64,000 bases of DNA from Clostridia bacterium (GTDB lineage: Bacteria; Bacillota; Clostridia; Oscillospirales; CAG-272): positions 40,103-104,102 of the forward strand of contig JAFSSQ010000089.1 in NCBI GenBank assembly GCA_017450965.1, in the 5' to 3' direction. The translations under genes and the position numbers were made by a program. Each line of letters opens with the position of its first letter. Positions within the stretch are counted from its first letter, which is position 1. Under the pieces are notes generated by a model. It was not told where the DNA came from and searched no databases. It saw nothing but the letters and a program-made list of their open reading frames with translations. Positions 18,401 through 27,084 of the stretch are shown piece by piece.

Positions 18401-19405
18401 TTATCGGCCGCTGTATCGGATTTTGCCCCATTTGCCGCCGACCTTGACCCACGCCTCGCCGTTCGGGGCGAAGGTGCGCGCTTCCTCAAAGTCGAAGGGG
18501 AAGAGGGGCGTGCCGTCCTTGAGGATGAAGCCGGCTTTGCCGTCCGCCGTTTTCACGGCGGCGACTCCGTTGCGGTAGCTGCCGGCGTAGAGGTTGGTCT
18601 CGTGCGTCACGGTGCCGCCGTTTTGGTCATAGTAGCACCATTCGCCGTTTTCTTCGGCGGCGGCCAGCCCGTCGGAATATCCGCGTGCGCAGGTCAGAGT
18701 GGGGGAGGTAACGGCCTTTCCTTCTACAAGGAGAAGGAAGGTGGGCGTTTGCCCCTCGATCTCGCGCGAAAGGTCAAGGCAGGGGAGAGCGCCGGTAAAA
18801 TAGGAAATATCCTTGGCGGTGAGATAGCGGACGCCGTCCGGCTCCGTCACGGCGACCGAGCCGCGGCTCGTATCGTAAAAGATCCGGGAGAGACCGCCGT
18901 GCCCTCTCACCGTCACGGCCTGGAGATCCTTGTCGTAATAGACGTGGTCGCGGTCAACGAAGGACCGGCAGGCGCCGCACCAGCTGATCTCCTTTTCCGC
19001 GGGGACGGCGACGCTGCCGTCCGCGGCGAGCAGACCGTAGCGTCCCTCGGCGTCCCGGTAGTAGGCATAGGAAAGGATCGCGGGATCCGCGTCCTGATCG
19101 GCGACGTTGAAGTAGGGGAACCCGTCGAAGAAGATCGCCTCAAAAACGGGGATCACGTCGGGATAGTCGTAGACCGGCTCCACGATGAAGACGTATTCCT
19201 TCGGAGAAGAGACGGGCGCGGTCTCCGCCGGCGCCGTTTCCGGCGCGCTTTCCGCCGGGAGCGTTTCCGCCGGGAGGGAAACGGTCGCTTCCGCGGTCTC
19301 CGGGTCTCCGGTAAGCGGCGGCAGGGGCGGACTTTCCGGCGTGCAGGCGACAAGCGCCGCGGTCAGCGCCAGAAGCGCGAGCAGAACACAAACGGTTTTT
19401 TTCAC
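18401..19405 (-). CDS. lipoprotein with WG/KWG-type repeats
   Basis: Lipobox LVAC, a Pro/Glu/Thr/Ala linker, then repeated G+YG/WG beta-propeller-like units (EGRYGLLAADGSV, GKAGFILKDGTPLFPF, GGKWGKI). Confidence 0.6.
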   Translation of the reverse strand: MKKTVCVLLALLALTAALVACTPESPPLPPLTGDPETAEATVSLPAETLPAESAPETAPAETAPVSSPKEYVFIVEPVYDYPDVIPVFEAIFFDGFPYFNVADQDADPAILSYAYYRDAEGRYGLLAADGSVAVPAEKEISWCGACRSFVDRDHVYYDKDLQAVTVRGHGGLSRIFYDTSRGSVAVTEPDGVRYLTAKDISYFTGALPCLDLSREIEGQTPTFLLLVEGKAVTSPTLTCARGYSDGLAAAEENGEWCYYDQNGGTVTHETNLYAGSYRNGVAAVKTADGKAGFILKDGTPLFPFDFEEARTFAPNGEAWVKVGGKWGKIRYSGR

Positions 19406-19498
19406 GGTTTCCTCCTTTCGGCGGGCGCGTTCGGATCGTCTTATCTATTATATACGGATAGAAAGAAGATTTCAACCTTTTTTTGTGAACGAGTCTCC

Positions 19499-19528
19499 TT
19501 GACACGCCGTCTTTTTGCGTGCTATACT
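19499..19528 (+). promoter_or_regulatory. sigma-A type promoter driving the THF riboswitch-folT-folC unit
   Basis: TTGACA, 18-nt spacer, TGc-TATACT, about 20 nt upstream of the riboswitch P1. Confidence 0.65.
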
Positions 19529-19548
19529 GATTGTACCGGCGCTGCCGG

Positions 19549-19658
19549 AACAGAGTAGGAAGATACGTGCTGACCGGAAGGTCTGAGTGCCGCGGGGACG
19601 GGGAGTTGTCCCGCGGACGAACGCGCAAGCGGCAGTGTGTCTTCCGCATCCCGCTGTT
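19549..19658 (+). promoter_or_regulatory. THF (tetrahydrofolate) riboswitch (Rfam RF01831-like)
   Basis: AACAGAGUAGGAAGAUACGUGC...CCGCGGGGAC-loop-GUCCCGCGGACGAACGCGC...GUGUCUUCCGCAUCCCGCUGUU. The conserved AGAGUAG, GACGAA and GCAUCC(C)GCU blocks and the P1/P2/P3 pairings match the E. siraeum THF aptamer as I remember it. It sits directly upstream of folT. Confidence 0.8.
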
Positions 19659-19718
19659 GCATTCGCAGTCCTTTTCCTCTGCCGATGTGATGACGGGTCA
19701 TGAAGCGGAGGTATTTTT

Positions 19719-20246
19719 ATGCGCAAAAAACCTTTTCTCGCTCAAATGATCCGGACCGCCATGCTGATCGCGCTCGCGGTCGTTCTGGATCGTTTCGTCC
19801 CGGTGGTGTTCACCGAGGCCGTCAAGATCACCCTGACCTTTGTCCCCGTCGTGATCGCCGCCGTTCTCTACGGCCCGGCGGGCGGCGCCGCGGTCTGGGG
19901 CTTTTCCGATCTGCTCGGGGCGATCCTCTTCCCCCGGGGGCCGTATTTCCCCGGCTTCACGGCCACGGCGGCGCTCAAGGGCGTGATCTTCGGGCTCGCC
20001 CTCAGCGGGAAGAAACCGAAGTTCTTTCCCCACGTTCTCCTTTCCGCCCTTCTGACCAACCTTGCGATCGGGCTCGCGCTCGACACGCTCTGGATCGCCG
20101 TTCTGTACGGAAGAGAGACCTATTGGGGGTATTTTGTTACCCGGATCCCGCAGTTCGTTGCGCTCACCGCGCTGCAGCTTTGCCTGATCCCGCTCCTCAC
20201 GCGGCTCTGTGAGAGACTGAAAAAACAGGACGGGACAAACCGATGA
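19719..20246 (+). CDS. folT: folate-family ECF transporter S component
   Basis: 175 aa with 5-6 TM. LIALAVVLDRF...ITLTFVPVVIAAVLYGP is typical of FolT. It lies downstream of a THF riboswitch and is translationally coupled to folC. Confidence 0.85.
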   Translation: MRKKPFLAQMIRTAMLIALAVVLDRFVPVVFTEAVKITLTFVPVVIAAVLYGPAGGAAVWGFSDLLGAILFPRGPYFPGFTATAALKGVIFGLALSGKKPKFFPHVLLSALLTNLAIGLALDTLWIAVLYGRETYWGYFVTRIPQFVALTALQLCLIPLLTRLCERLKKQDGTNR

Positions 20247-21532
20247 TGACCTACGAAGAAGCCCTCTCCTATATCGGCCGGGTCGCTTCCCTCGGCAGCC
20301 GCCCGGGGCTTTCCCGGATCCGGGAGCTTTGCCGCCTGCTCGGCGATCCGCAGGACTCTCTCCGCTTCATCCACGTGGCGGGGACCAACGGCAAGGGATC
20401 CTTCTGCGCGATCCTCTCCTCCGTTCTCACGGCGGCGGGTTACCGCGTCGGGCGGTATACCTCGCCTTACGTCCTCCGCTTCAACGAGCGGATCGCGATC
20501 GGGAACCGCCCGATCGGGGACAAGACCCTCGCTCGCCTCACGGAGAGGGTCAAACGCGCGGCGGACAGGATGGCGGATCCCCCTACCGAGTTTGAGATCG
20601 TGACCGCGATCGGCTTTTGCTATTTCAAGGAAAAAAAGTGCGACCCCGTCGTGCTGGAGGTCGGACTTGGCGGCCGGCTCGACGCGACCAACGTCATCGA
20701 GACCCCCCTTCTCTCGGTCGTAACGGGTATTTCCCTCGATCACACCGCCATCCTCGGGGATACCGAGGAAAAGATCGCCGCCGAAAAGGCGGGCATCTTC
20801 CGGCCGGGCGTTCCCGTCCTCTCGGGCTGCGCGCGGGGGACGCCCGCCGCCGCCGTCATCGCAAAAAAAGCGGCCGAGAAGGGCTGCCCCCTCGTTTACG
20901 CCCGCGAAGGATCCCTTTCCGTCAAGCGCGCCGTCCTCGGGGAGACGGTCTTTGATTACGGGGAGAGAAAGGACCTTTTGATCCGTCTCTCCGCTCTCTA
21001 TCAGCCTCAAAACGCCGCCGCCGTGCTCGACGCGCTCCCCCTTCTCGCGGAGAGGGGTTTTCCCGTCGGAGAGGAGGCGCTGCGCCGGGGACTCCGGCGC
21101 GCAAAATGGCCCGCCCGTTTCGAGCGGCTCGCCGCCCGTCCGACCGTCGTCTTCGACGGCTCGCACAACCCGGAGGGGATCGCCGCGCTCTGCGAGAGCG
21201 TACGGCATTATTTTCCCGGCGCGCGGCCGGTGCTGCTCACCGGCGTGATGCGCGATAAGGATCACGCCGCGATGGCGCGTCTCCTCTCTCCCCTCGCGGA
21301 GGAGGCGTTCACCTTCCCGCCGCAGAATCCCCGCGCGCTCGATCCCGCCGTTCTCGCCCGCGAATACGAGGAAAACGGCGTTCCCGCGCACGCCTTTCCG
21401 GCGTCCGCTCCGGCGCTTTCCGCCGCGCTGACTTCCGCGAAAGAAAAAAAACGTCCCCTTCTCATCTGCGGCTCGCTTTACTCCTACGCCGAGCTGCGCC
21501 CCCTGTTCGGGAAAGGGAAGAGAAAAGGATAA
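20243..21532 (+). CDS. folC: bifunctional folylpolyglutamate synthase / dihydrofolate synthase
   Basis: P-loop HVAGTNGKGS, EVGLGGRLDATN and DGSHNPEG Mur-ligase-family motifs. Confidence 0.9.
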   Translation: MMTYEEALSYIGRVASLGSRPGLSRIRELCRLLGDPQDSLRFIHVAGTNGKGSFCAILSSVLTAAGYRVGRYTSPYVLRFNERIAIGNRPIGDKTLARLTERVKRAADRMADPPTEFEIVTAIGFCYFKEKKCDPVVLEVGLGGRLDATNVIETPLLSVVTGISLDHTAILGDTEEKIAAEKAGIFRPGVPVLSGCARGTPAAAVIAKKAAEKGCPLVYAREGSLSVKRAVLGETVFDYGERKDLLIRLSALYQPQNAAAVLDALPLLAERGFPVGEEALRRGLRRAKWPARFERLAARPTVVFDGSHNPEGIAALCESVRHYFPGARPVLLTGVMRDKDHAAMARLLSPLAEEAFTFPPQNPRALDPAVLAREYEENGVPAHAFPASAPALSAALTSAKEKKRPLLICGSLYSYAELRPLFGKGKRKG

Positions 21533-21595
21533 GACGGAAAGCGCCGGTCGTTTTTTCCCTTTTCGCGCATATACTGCCTTGAAAGGCGGTGCGCG

Positions 21596-22117
21596 ATGAA
21601 AAAAAGAAAAAAAGAACCGGCGGGAGCACCGCCGGAGGAGATCCGGGTGGAGAAAAAGCGTCTTTTGCGCGTTTTTCCCTTCCCGGGCGGGGAGACGGGC
21701 GCGGAGGCGCTCGCCCTGATCCCGACCGTCTCGGGCGCGCGGGGCGGGGCGGCGATCGGCGCGTTCTATCTTGCGCTCGCGGAGCGCTTTTTCCGGGAGG
21801 CGGAGGAGCTTCTTTTCCCCGCGGCGCGGCTCGCCTGCGAGCAAAGCCGCCTTTCTCCGCGCGAGCGCTTTTCCCGTCCCGCCGCGCGGCTGGAGGTCTC
21901 GCTGCGGGAAAAGCGGACGGTCCGCGGACACCCGGCGCTGGTCTTTTCCGTCGAATACGCGCTCTTCGTGCGCGGTCGGGCAGAGAAAAGCGAAACGTCC
22001 TGCGACCTCTGGCTTGCCGACCGCGGGATCCTCGCCCGCGGCGAAAAACCAAAAATGCGCGAAAAAACCGCAAAAAAAGACAAGAAAATCCGCCGCGAAA
22101 GATTGCAGAAAAAGTAA
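21596..22117 (+). CDS. hypothetical basic protein
   Basis: The frame is GC3-rich and Lys/Arg-rich at both ends. I recognise no domain. The coding call rests on codon bias only. Confidence 0.4.
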   Translation: MKKRKKEPAGAPPEEIRVEKKRLLRVFPFPGGETGAEALALIPTVSGARGGAAIGAFYLALAERFFREAEELLFPAARLACEQSRLSPRERFSRPAARLEVSLREKRTVRGHPALVFSVEYALFVRGRAEKSETSCDLWLADRGILARGEKPKMREKTAKKDKKIRRERLQKK

Positions 22118-22131
22118 CGGCGTGCTATAAT
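22103..22131 (+). promoter_or_regulatory. sigma-A type promoter of the V-ATPase operon
   Basis: TTGCAG, 17-nt spacer, TGc-TATAAT, inside the 3' end of the preceding ORF. Confidence 0.6.
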
Positions 22132-22202
22132 AAATCAAATAGGCCTTACGAGGCAAGAGCTTTTGTTTGAAACGATCATCGATCGGCAAGGAAGGAGAAC
22201 CC

Positions 22203-22523
22203 GTGATCAGCGAAGCAGTCAAAACGATCCGAGAGGCCGAAGAAAAGGCCGCGGACAAGATCGCCGCGTCGAAAGCGGAAATCGCGGCGCTTCTCGCCGC
22301 CGCGCACGCGGAGGGAAAAGACCTGTGCGCCAAAGCGGAGGAAGAGGCGGAAACGATCCGTGCCGACGCGCGGAAAGCCGCGCGTGAAAAAGCGGAGCAA
22401 AACATCCGCGAGGCGGAGGAAAACGCCCGCGCGGAAGCAAAGGAGCTCCTCGCCGCCGCGGCGGGACGGAAAGAAGACGCCGTCCGCCTGATCTGCGAAG
22501 GAGTGCGCGCGCAATGGCAATAA
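22203..22523 (+). CDS. V/A-type ATPase peripheral-stalk subunit (G-type; NtpF-like)
   Basis: Short Ala/Glu/Lys coiled coil and first gene of the ntp operon. GTG 22203 sits behind GGAAGGAGAA; the track ORF starts at 22167. Confidence 0.6.
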   Translation: MISEAVKTIREAEEKAADKIAASKAEIAALLAAAHAEGKDLCAKAEEEAETIRADARKAAREKAEQNIREAEENARAEAKELLAAAAGRKEDAVRLICEGVRAQWQ

Positions 22524-24469
22524 GCAAAATGAAACGGCTGTCCGCGTTCTGCCTGCGGGAGGACACGGACCGTCTGATCAAAAAACTGATGCGGCTGCGA
22601 TGCGTTTCTCTGGAACGCGCCGAAGAAAACCGCGCGGAGGAGAGAGGGCTGACCCTTTCTCCGCCCGACGAGCGGCGCGCCGCTCTGGAGAGCGACGTGG
22701 CCGCCACGACGCAGGCGCTGGAGCTGCTCCACCCGTATTCCAAAGCAAAAAAATCGCTCTTTTCCCCTCCGATCCGCGCGGATCTCGGAGAGTTTGAACG
22801 ATCCGGCCGGGCGGACAAAGCGAAGGAAACGGTCCGCGCAGCCGGGGAGATCCGCCGCAGACTGGCGGAGATCGGAGCGGAACGCGCCCGCACCGAGGGC
22901 GATCTTGCTCTCTGCCGCGCGTGGAAGGCGTACGATATGCCGCTTTCCTTTACCGCCACCCGCCTTGCCGAGGTGTTTACCGGCAGCTTTCCCGCCGGCA
23001 CGCAGCTCCCCCTGATCTCGGGCGAGCTCTCCGCTCACAGCGCGATGCTGGAGGAGATCGGCGCCGACAGCACGGCCCTCTACGTTGCGGTCCTCTGCCA
23101 TCAGGATGCGGACGACGAGGTCTCCCGCATCCTCTCCGCGCACGGGTTTCTGCGCGCGGCGTTCCGGGAGATGAAGGATACGCCGGCAGAGGAGGGGGAG
23201 CGCGCGCAGCGCCGTCTCGACTCTCTCGCCGAAGAGGAAAGGACGCTCAAGGACCGTCTCGCTCTCCTCGCGGAGGATATCGCCGATACGGAGATCCTCT
23301 CCGATCTGCAAAAGACCTCGCTTGCCGCGCTCGACGCGGCCGGAGGCCTCGCGGGAACGGAACGTACCGATCTGCTCTCCGGCTGGGTGCCGGAAAAGAA
23401 CGCCGAAAGGGCGGAGGCCGTGCTCAAACTCTACGGCTGCGCCTATGAACTCACCGACCCGACGGAGGAGGACGAGCCTCCCGTCCTGCTCGAAAACAAG
23501 AGCTTTTTCTCCAATTTCGAGTGGGTGATGGGGATGTATTCCTACCCCCTTTACGGCAGCTACGATCCAAGCGCGGTCATGGGGATCTTTTATATCCTCA
23601 TCTTCGGGCTGATGTTCGCCGACGCGGGATACGGCTTCGTCCTCTCCCTTGTCTGCCTGCTCGCCGTCAAGCTCCTGCCGCTCGGGGAGACGATGAAGCG
23701 TTTCCTCGCCATGTTCGGCTGGTGCGGCCTCTCCTGTATGGTATGGGGCGTTTTGCTCGGGTCTTATTTCGGAGATTTCCCGCTGCAGCTGATGAACAAT
23801 ATGCTCGGGATCCGGGCGCCGGAGAGTCTCGCGCTCATGCTTGACCCGCTGCAGAACCCGATGGGCTTTCTCCTGCTTTCCCTCGGCGTCGGCGCCGTCC
23901 ATCTGATCGCCGGTATGGCGGTGCGCGGTTATATGATGATCCGGCGCGGCCACACGCTGGACGCGATCTTTGATATCGGCAGTCCGTGGCTCCTCTTTGC
24001 GGGGATCGGACTCTTTGCCGCGGGCGTTTCCTTCGGCAAATGGGTGCTGATCGCCGGCGTCGCCGCGATGGTCCTGACGCAGGGAAGAAACGAAAAGAAC
24101 GTCCTGATGAAACTCGTCAAGGGACTCGGCAGTCTCTACGGACTGATCAACTACGCGTCCGATCTGCTTTCCTACTCGCGGATCATGGCGCTCGGGCTTG
24201 CTTCCGCCGTCGTCGGCCAGGTCGTCAACATCCTTGCCACCATCGGCGGGCCGAGCGTGATGGGCTTTATCGTGATGATCCTCGTGTTCCTCTTCGGACA
24301 TCTGCTTAACCTGGCGATCAACCTGCTCGGCACCTTCGTCCACACGAGCCGGTTGCAGTACATCGAGTTTTTCGGCAAGTTTTTCGAGGACGGGGGCGAA
24401 CCGTTCTCTCCGCTCACGGTTTCAAGCGAGTATGCGGAGGAGCCGCCGGAGACGGCGGCCGACCGCTGA
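22514..24469 (+). CDS. ntpI: V-type ATPase subunit I (a-type membrane subunit)
   Basis: About 300-aa cytoplasmic coiled-coil N-half plus a polytopic C-half ending ...HTSRLQYIEFFGKFFEDGG. Confidence 0.9.
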   Translation: MAISKMKRLSAFCLREDTDRLIKKLMRLRCVSLERAEENRAEERGLTLSPPDERRAALESDVAATTQALELLHPYSKAKKSLFSPPIRADLGEFERSGRADKAKETVRAAGEIRRRLAEIGAERARTEGDLALCRAWKAYDMPLSFTATRLAEVFTGSFPAGTQLPLISGELSAHSAMLEEIGADSTALYVAVLCHQDADDEVSRILSAHGFLRAAFREMKDTPAEEGERAQRRLDSLAEEERTLKDRLALLAEDIADTEILSDLQKTSLAALDAAGGLAGTERTDLLSGWVPEKNAERAEAVLKLYGCAYELTDPTEEDEPPVLLENKSFFSNFEWVMGMYSYPLYGSYDPSAVMGIFYILIFGLMFADAGYGFVLSLVCLLAVKLLPLGETMKRFLAMFGWCGLSCMVWGVLLGSYFGDFPLQLMNNMLGIRAPESLALMLDPLQNPMGFLLLSLGVGAVHLIAGMAVRGYMMIRRGHTLDAIFDIGSPWLLFAGIGLFAAGVSFGKWVLIAGVAAMVLTQGRNEKNVLMKLVKGLGSLYGLINYASDLLSYSRIMALGLASAVVGQVVNILATIGGPSVMGFIVMILVFLFGHLLNLAINLLGTFVHTSRLQYIEFFGKFFEDGGEPFSPLTVSSEYAEEPPETAADR

Positions 24470-24512
24470 CGCGATAAGAACAAGATAGAATAAAATAAGG
24501 AGAAAAAGAATT

Positions 24513-25013
24513 ATGACCTTCGTTGAACTGCTTTCCCACGTGTTTTCCGGCAACAACCTCGCCTTTCTCGGCGCGGCGCTCGCCACGATCCTGCCCGGCC
24601 TCGGCAGCGCCAAAGGCGTTTCCCTCGTCGGCGAGGCGTCCTCCGGCCTTCTGACCGAAAACCCCTCGATGTTCGGTAAAGCTCTGCTTCTGCAGGCGCT
24701 CCCCGGCACACAGGGCATTTACGGACTGATCACGGCGTTTCTGATCATCTTCAAGACCGGCGCGCTCAGCGCCGCTCCGATGCACCTTGACCTCGGCCAG
24801 GGCGGGTATCTGCTCGCGGCGGCGCTGCCGATCGCGTTCGTCGGATACTTTTCCGCCATCCGTCAGGCGCGGGTCGCCGCTTCCGGCATCAACCTGATCG
24901 CCAAGCGCCCCGACCAGGTCGGTAAAGCGATCACCTCCTCCGCTCTCGTGGAGACCTACGCGATCTTCGCCGTCCTGATCTCTCTCCTGCTCGTCCTCTT
25001 CTTCAAAGCGTAA
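24513..25013 (+). CDS. ntpK: V-type ATPase proteolipid subunit K (4-TM, duplicated c)
   Basis: Collinear with Enterococcus hirae NtpK: GLGSAKGV, LLQALPGTQGIYG, SAIRQARVAASG, LVETYAIF. Confidence 0.9.
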   Translation: MTFVELLSHVFSGNNLAFLGAALATILPGLGSAKGVSLVGEASSGLLTENPSMFGKALLLQALPGTQGIYGLITAFLIIFKTGALSAAPMHLDLGQGGYLLAAALPIAFVGYFSAIRQARVAASGINLIAKRPDQVGKAITSSALVETYAIFAVLISLLLVLFFKA

Positions 25014-25041
25014 ATCCCGCCGATCCCGAAAGGATAACCAC

Positions 25042-25722
25042 ATGAACGGTGTTGAAACCATAACCGCGAGGATCCTCGAGGAAGCGGAGTCCGCCGCCCT
25101 TTCCGCAAAAGAGGAAGGAAAGCGGCAGGTCGCCGATATCCTCGACAGCTACCGGAGCCGCGCGGACTTCCTTCTCGCCGCCGCGCGCGACGACGCGGGA
25201 AAAGAAGAAAAAGCGGCCGAGCTGCGGAGCGCCTCCGGCGCCTCCATGGCGCGCCGCCGGATCCTCCTCGAGGCAAAGGCCGAGGCGGTCGCCTCCTGCT
25301 ACGAGGCGGCGGCGGAATATTTCCGCTCCCTGCCCGCCGGAGAGTACCGGAGCTTCCTTTTCTCGCTGCTTTATCACGCGCTCAAACAGAAAGAAGAAAA
25401 CGACGCGTACCTTCGCCGCGCTTACGGCGAGGAGGAGGTCCCCTCCTGCGACGCCTACGTCGTCGTCCTCTCAGGGGAGGACGGCAAAAAGGTCGGCGCC
25501 TCCTTCCTCTCCGATTTTGCCGCGGAGTACGCCGGACGGCTGCCGGAGGAAACGCTGAAAAAGCTCCGGCTGTCCGATCGCCCGGAAAAAACGGAGGGAG
25601 GGCTGATCCTGCGGTGCGGGGAGATCGAGACCAACTGCACCCTGCCCGTCCTCCTCGCAAGCGAACGGGAAAAGAGCGAAGCGCGCGTCAGCGACCTCCT
25701 CTTTTCCGATACGAAGGAGTAA
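25042..25722 (+). CDS. ntpE: V-type ATPase subunit E
   Basis: N-terminal long helix (ILEEAESAALSAKEEGKRQVADIL...) plus a globular C-terminus. The operon position matches ntpE. Confidence 0.8.
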   Translation: MNGVETITARILEEAESAALSAKEEGKRQVADILDSYRSRADFLLAAARDDAGKEEKAAELRSASGASMARRRILLEAKAEAVASCYEAAAEYFRSLPAGEYRSFLFSLLYHALKQKEENDAYLRRAYGEEEVPSCDAYVVVLSGEDGKKVGASFLSDFAAEYAGRLPEETLKKLRLSDRPEKTEGGLILRCGEIETNCTLPVLLASEREKSEARVSDLLFSDTKE

Positions 25723-25724
25723 TC

Positions 25725-26726
25725 ATGCCGATCGCGGATACCGAATTTCTCTACGCAAGCGCGCTGCTGCGCGCCAAGGAGGGACAGGGGATCGCGCGGG
25801 AGCGCTTCGAGCGGATGGCGGACGCGCAGTCTCTCGAGGAGATCTGCCGGCTGCTCGGCGAATGCGGGGTCGTTCCCGTAACGGACGGGGAGGGCGGACG
25901 CTTCGATCTCGACCGCACGCTCGCCGCCGTCTGGCAGGACGCCGCCGCGCTCGTGCGCCGTCTTTCCCCCGTGGAGGGGTTGTTCGATTATCTCCTCTAT
26001 CCCTACGACGCAAACGATCTCAAGGCCTGCCTGAAAACGGCCGCCGCCGGAGAGGGAGAACCCGAGGGAATGTTCTTTTCCTGCGGGACGGTCCCCCCGG
26101 CGGACGTCCGGAACGCGGTCAAGACAAAAGACTTTTCCGCCTTTCCGCCCGCGATGAAAAAAGCGGCGGAGACGGCGGCGGAGGACTTCGCCCGGACGGG
26201 AGACCCGCAGAGCGTGGATATCCCCATCGACCGCGCCTGCTTTGCCGATATGCTCGCCTCTACCGAGCGGGAGCCGTTTCTGCATTCTCTGATCCGCCTG
26301 CGGATCGACCTTTACCATATCCGCTGCACCGCCCGCACGATCCGGATGGGGGAGGCGCTTCCCGCGCCGGAAGCCTATCTCAAGCGGTTTTTCGTTCCCG
26401 GAGGGAATATCCCGACCGAAGAACTGGCGCAGGCCTGCGGCGGGGGACTGCCCGCTTTGGCGGAGGTCCTCTCCCGGCACGGCGAGCGCGCGCTCGCCGC
26501 GGCGGTGGAAAACGGAACGCCCGAGACGCTCGAGCGAGCCTGCGACGACCGTCTGACCGCCGAACTGAAAAAGACGAAGTACCAGCCCTTCGGCGCCGCC
26601 GTCCTCGCGGCGTACGCGGGCGCGGCGGAAACGGCCGCCAAGAATATCCGGATCGTCTGTACGATGAAGGCCTCCGGCCTTCCCGCCGACCTGATCCGGG
26701 AAAGATTGAGGGACTGTTATGTATAG
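25725..26726 (+). CDS. ntpC: V-type ATPase subunit C (d-type)
   Basis: MPIADTEFLYASALLRAKEG... 333 aa. Start at ATG 25725 after GAAGGAG. Position and length match ntpC. Confidence 0.85.
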   Translation: MPIADTEFLYASALLRAKEGQGIARERFERMADAQSLEEICRLLGECGVVPVTDGEGGRFDLDRTLAAVWQDAAALVRRLSPVEGLFDYLLYPYDANDLKACLKTAAAGEGEPEGMFFSCGTVPPADVRNAVKTKDFSAFPPAMKKAAETAAEDFARTGDPQSVDIPIDRACFADMLASTEREPFLHSLIRLRIDLYHIRCTARTIRMGEALPAPEAYLKRFFVPGGNIPTEELAQACGGGLPALAEVLSRHGERALAAAVENGTPETLERACDDRLTAELKKTKYQPFGAAVLAAYAGAAETAAKNIRIVCTMKASGLPADLIRERLRDCYV

Positions 26727-27033
26727 GATAGGCGCCGTCGGGGATCGGGACAGCGTGCTCGGATTCCTCGCTCTCGGGTTTGAGGTCGCGGAGGTCCGCG
26801 ACGGAGAGGAAGCGGCGGGCGCCGTCCATATGCTGGCGGCAAACGGCTGCGCCGTGATCTTCATTACCGAAAAATACGCCGAGGCGGCCCGCGACGCGAT
26901 CGAGGCCTACAAGTCCAAGGCGATCCCCGCCGTGATCACCGTACCGGGTGCGGGCGGCAGTCAGGGCGTCGGGATGGCGGCGCTGAAGAGCGCCGTGGAG
27001 CGCGCCGTCGGCGCGGATATCCTCTTCAAGTAA
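26719..27033 (+). CDS. ntpG: V-type ATPase subunit F
   Basis: MYRIGAVGDRDSVLGFLALGFEV...VIFITEKYA...PAVITVPG, typical of the 104-aa F subunit. Confidence 0.85.
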   Translation: MYRIGAVGDRDSVLGFLALGFEVAEVRDGEEAAGAVHMLAANGCAVIFITEKYAEAARDAIEAYKSKAIPAVITVPGAGGSQGVGMAALKSAVERAVGADILFK

Positions 27034-27084
27034 GTCCGAATATCCACAAGAAAGGAAACGCACGCTCCGCGTGTGTGCAAAACA

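Noticed and set aside
20120-24343. 1407-aa ORF on the minus strand, antisense to folC and the first V-ATPase genes.
   Set aside because: It runs antisense to genes with unambiguous homology. Its translation is low-complexity and Arg/Gly/Ala/Pro-rich with no motifs. It is a typical stop-free shadow frame of a high-GC3 genome.
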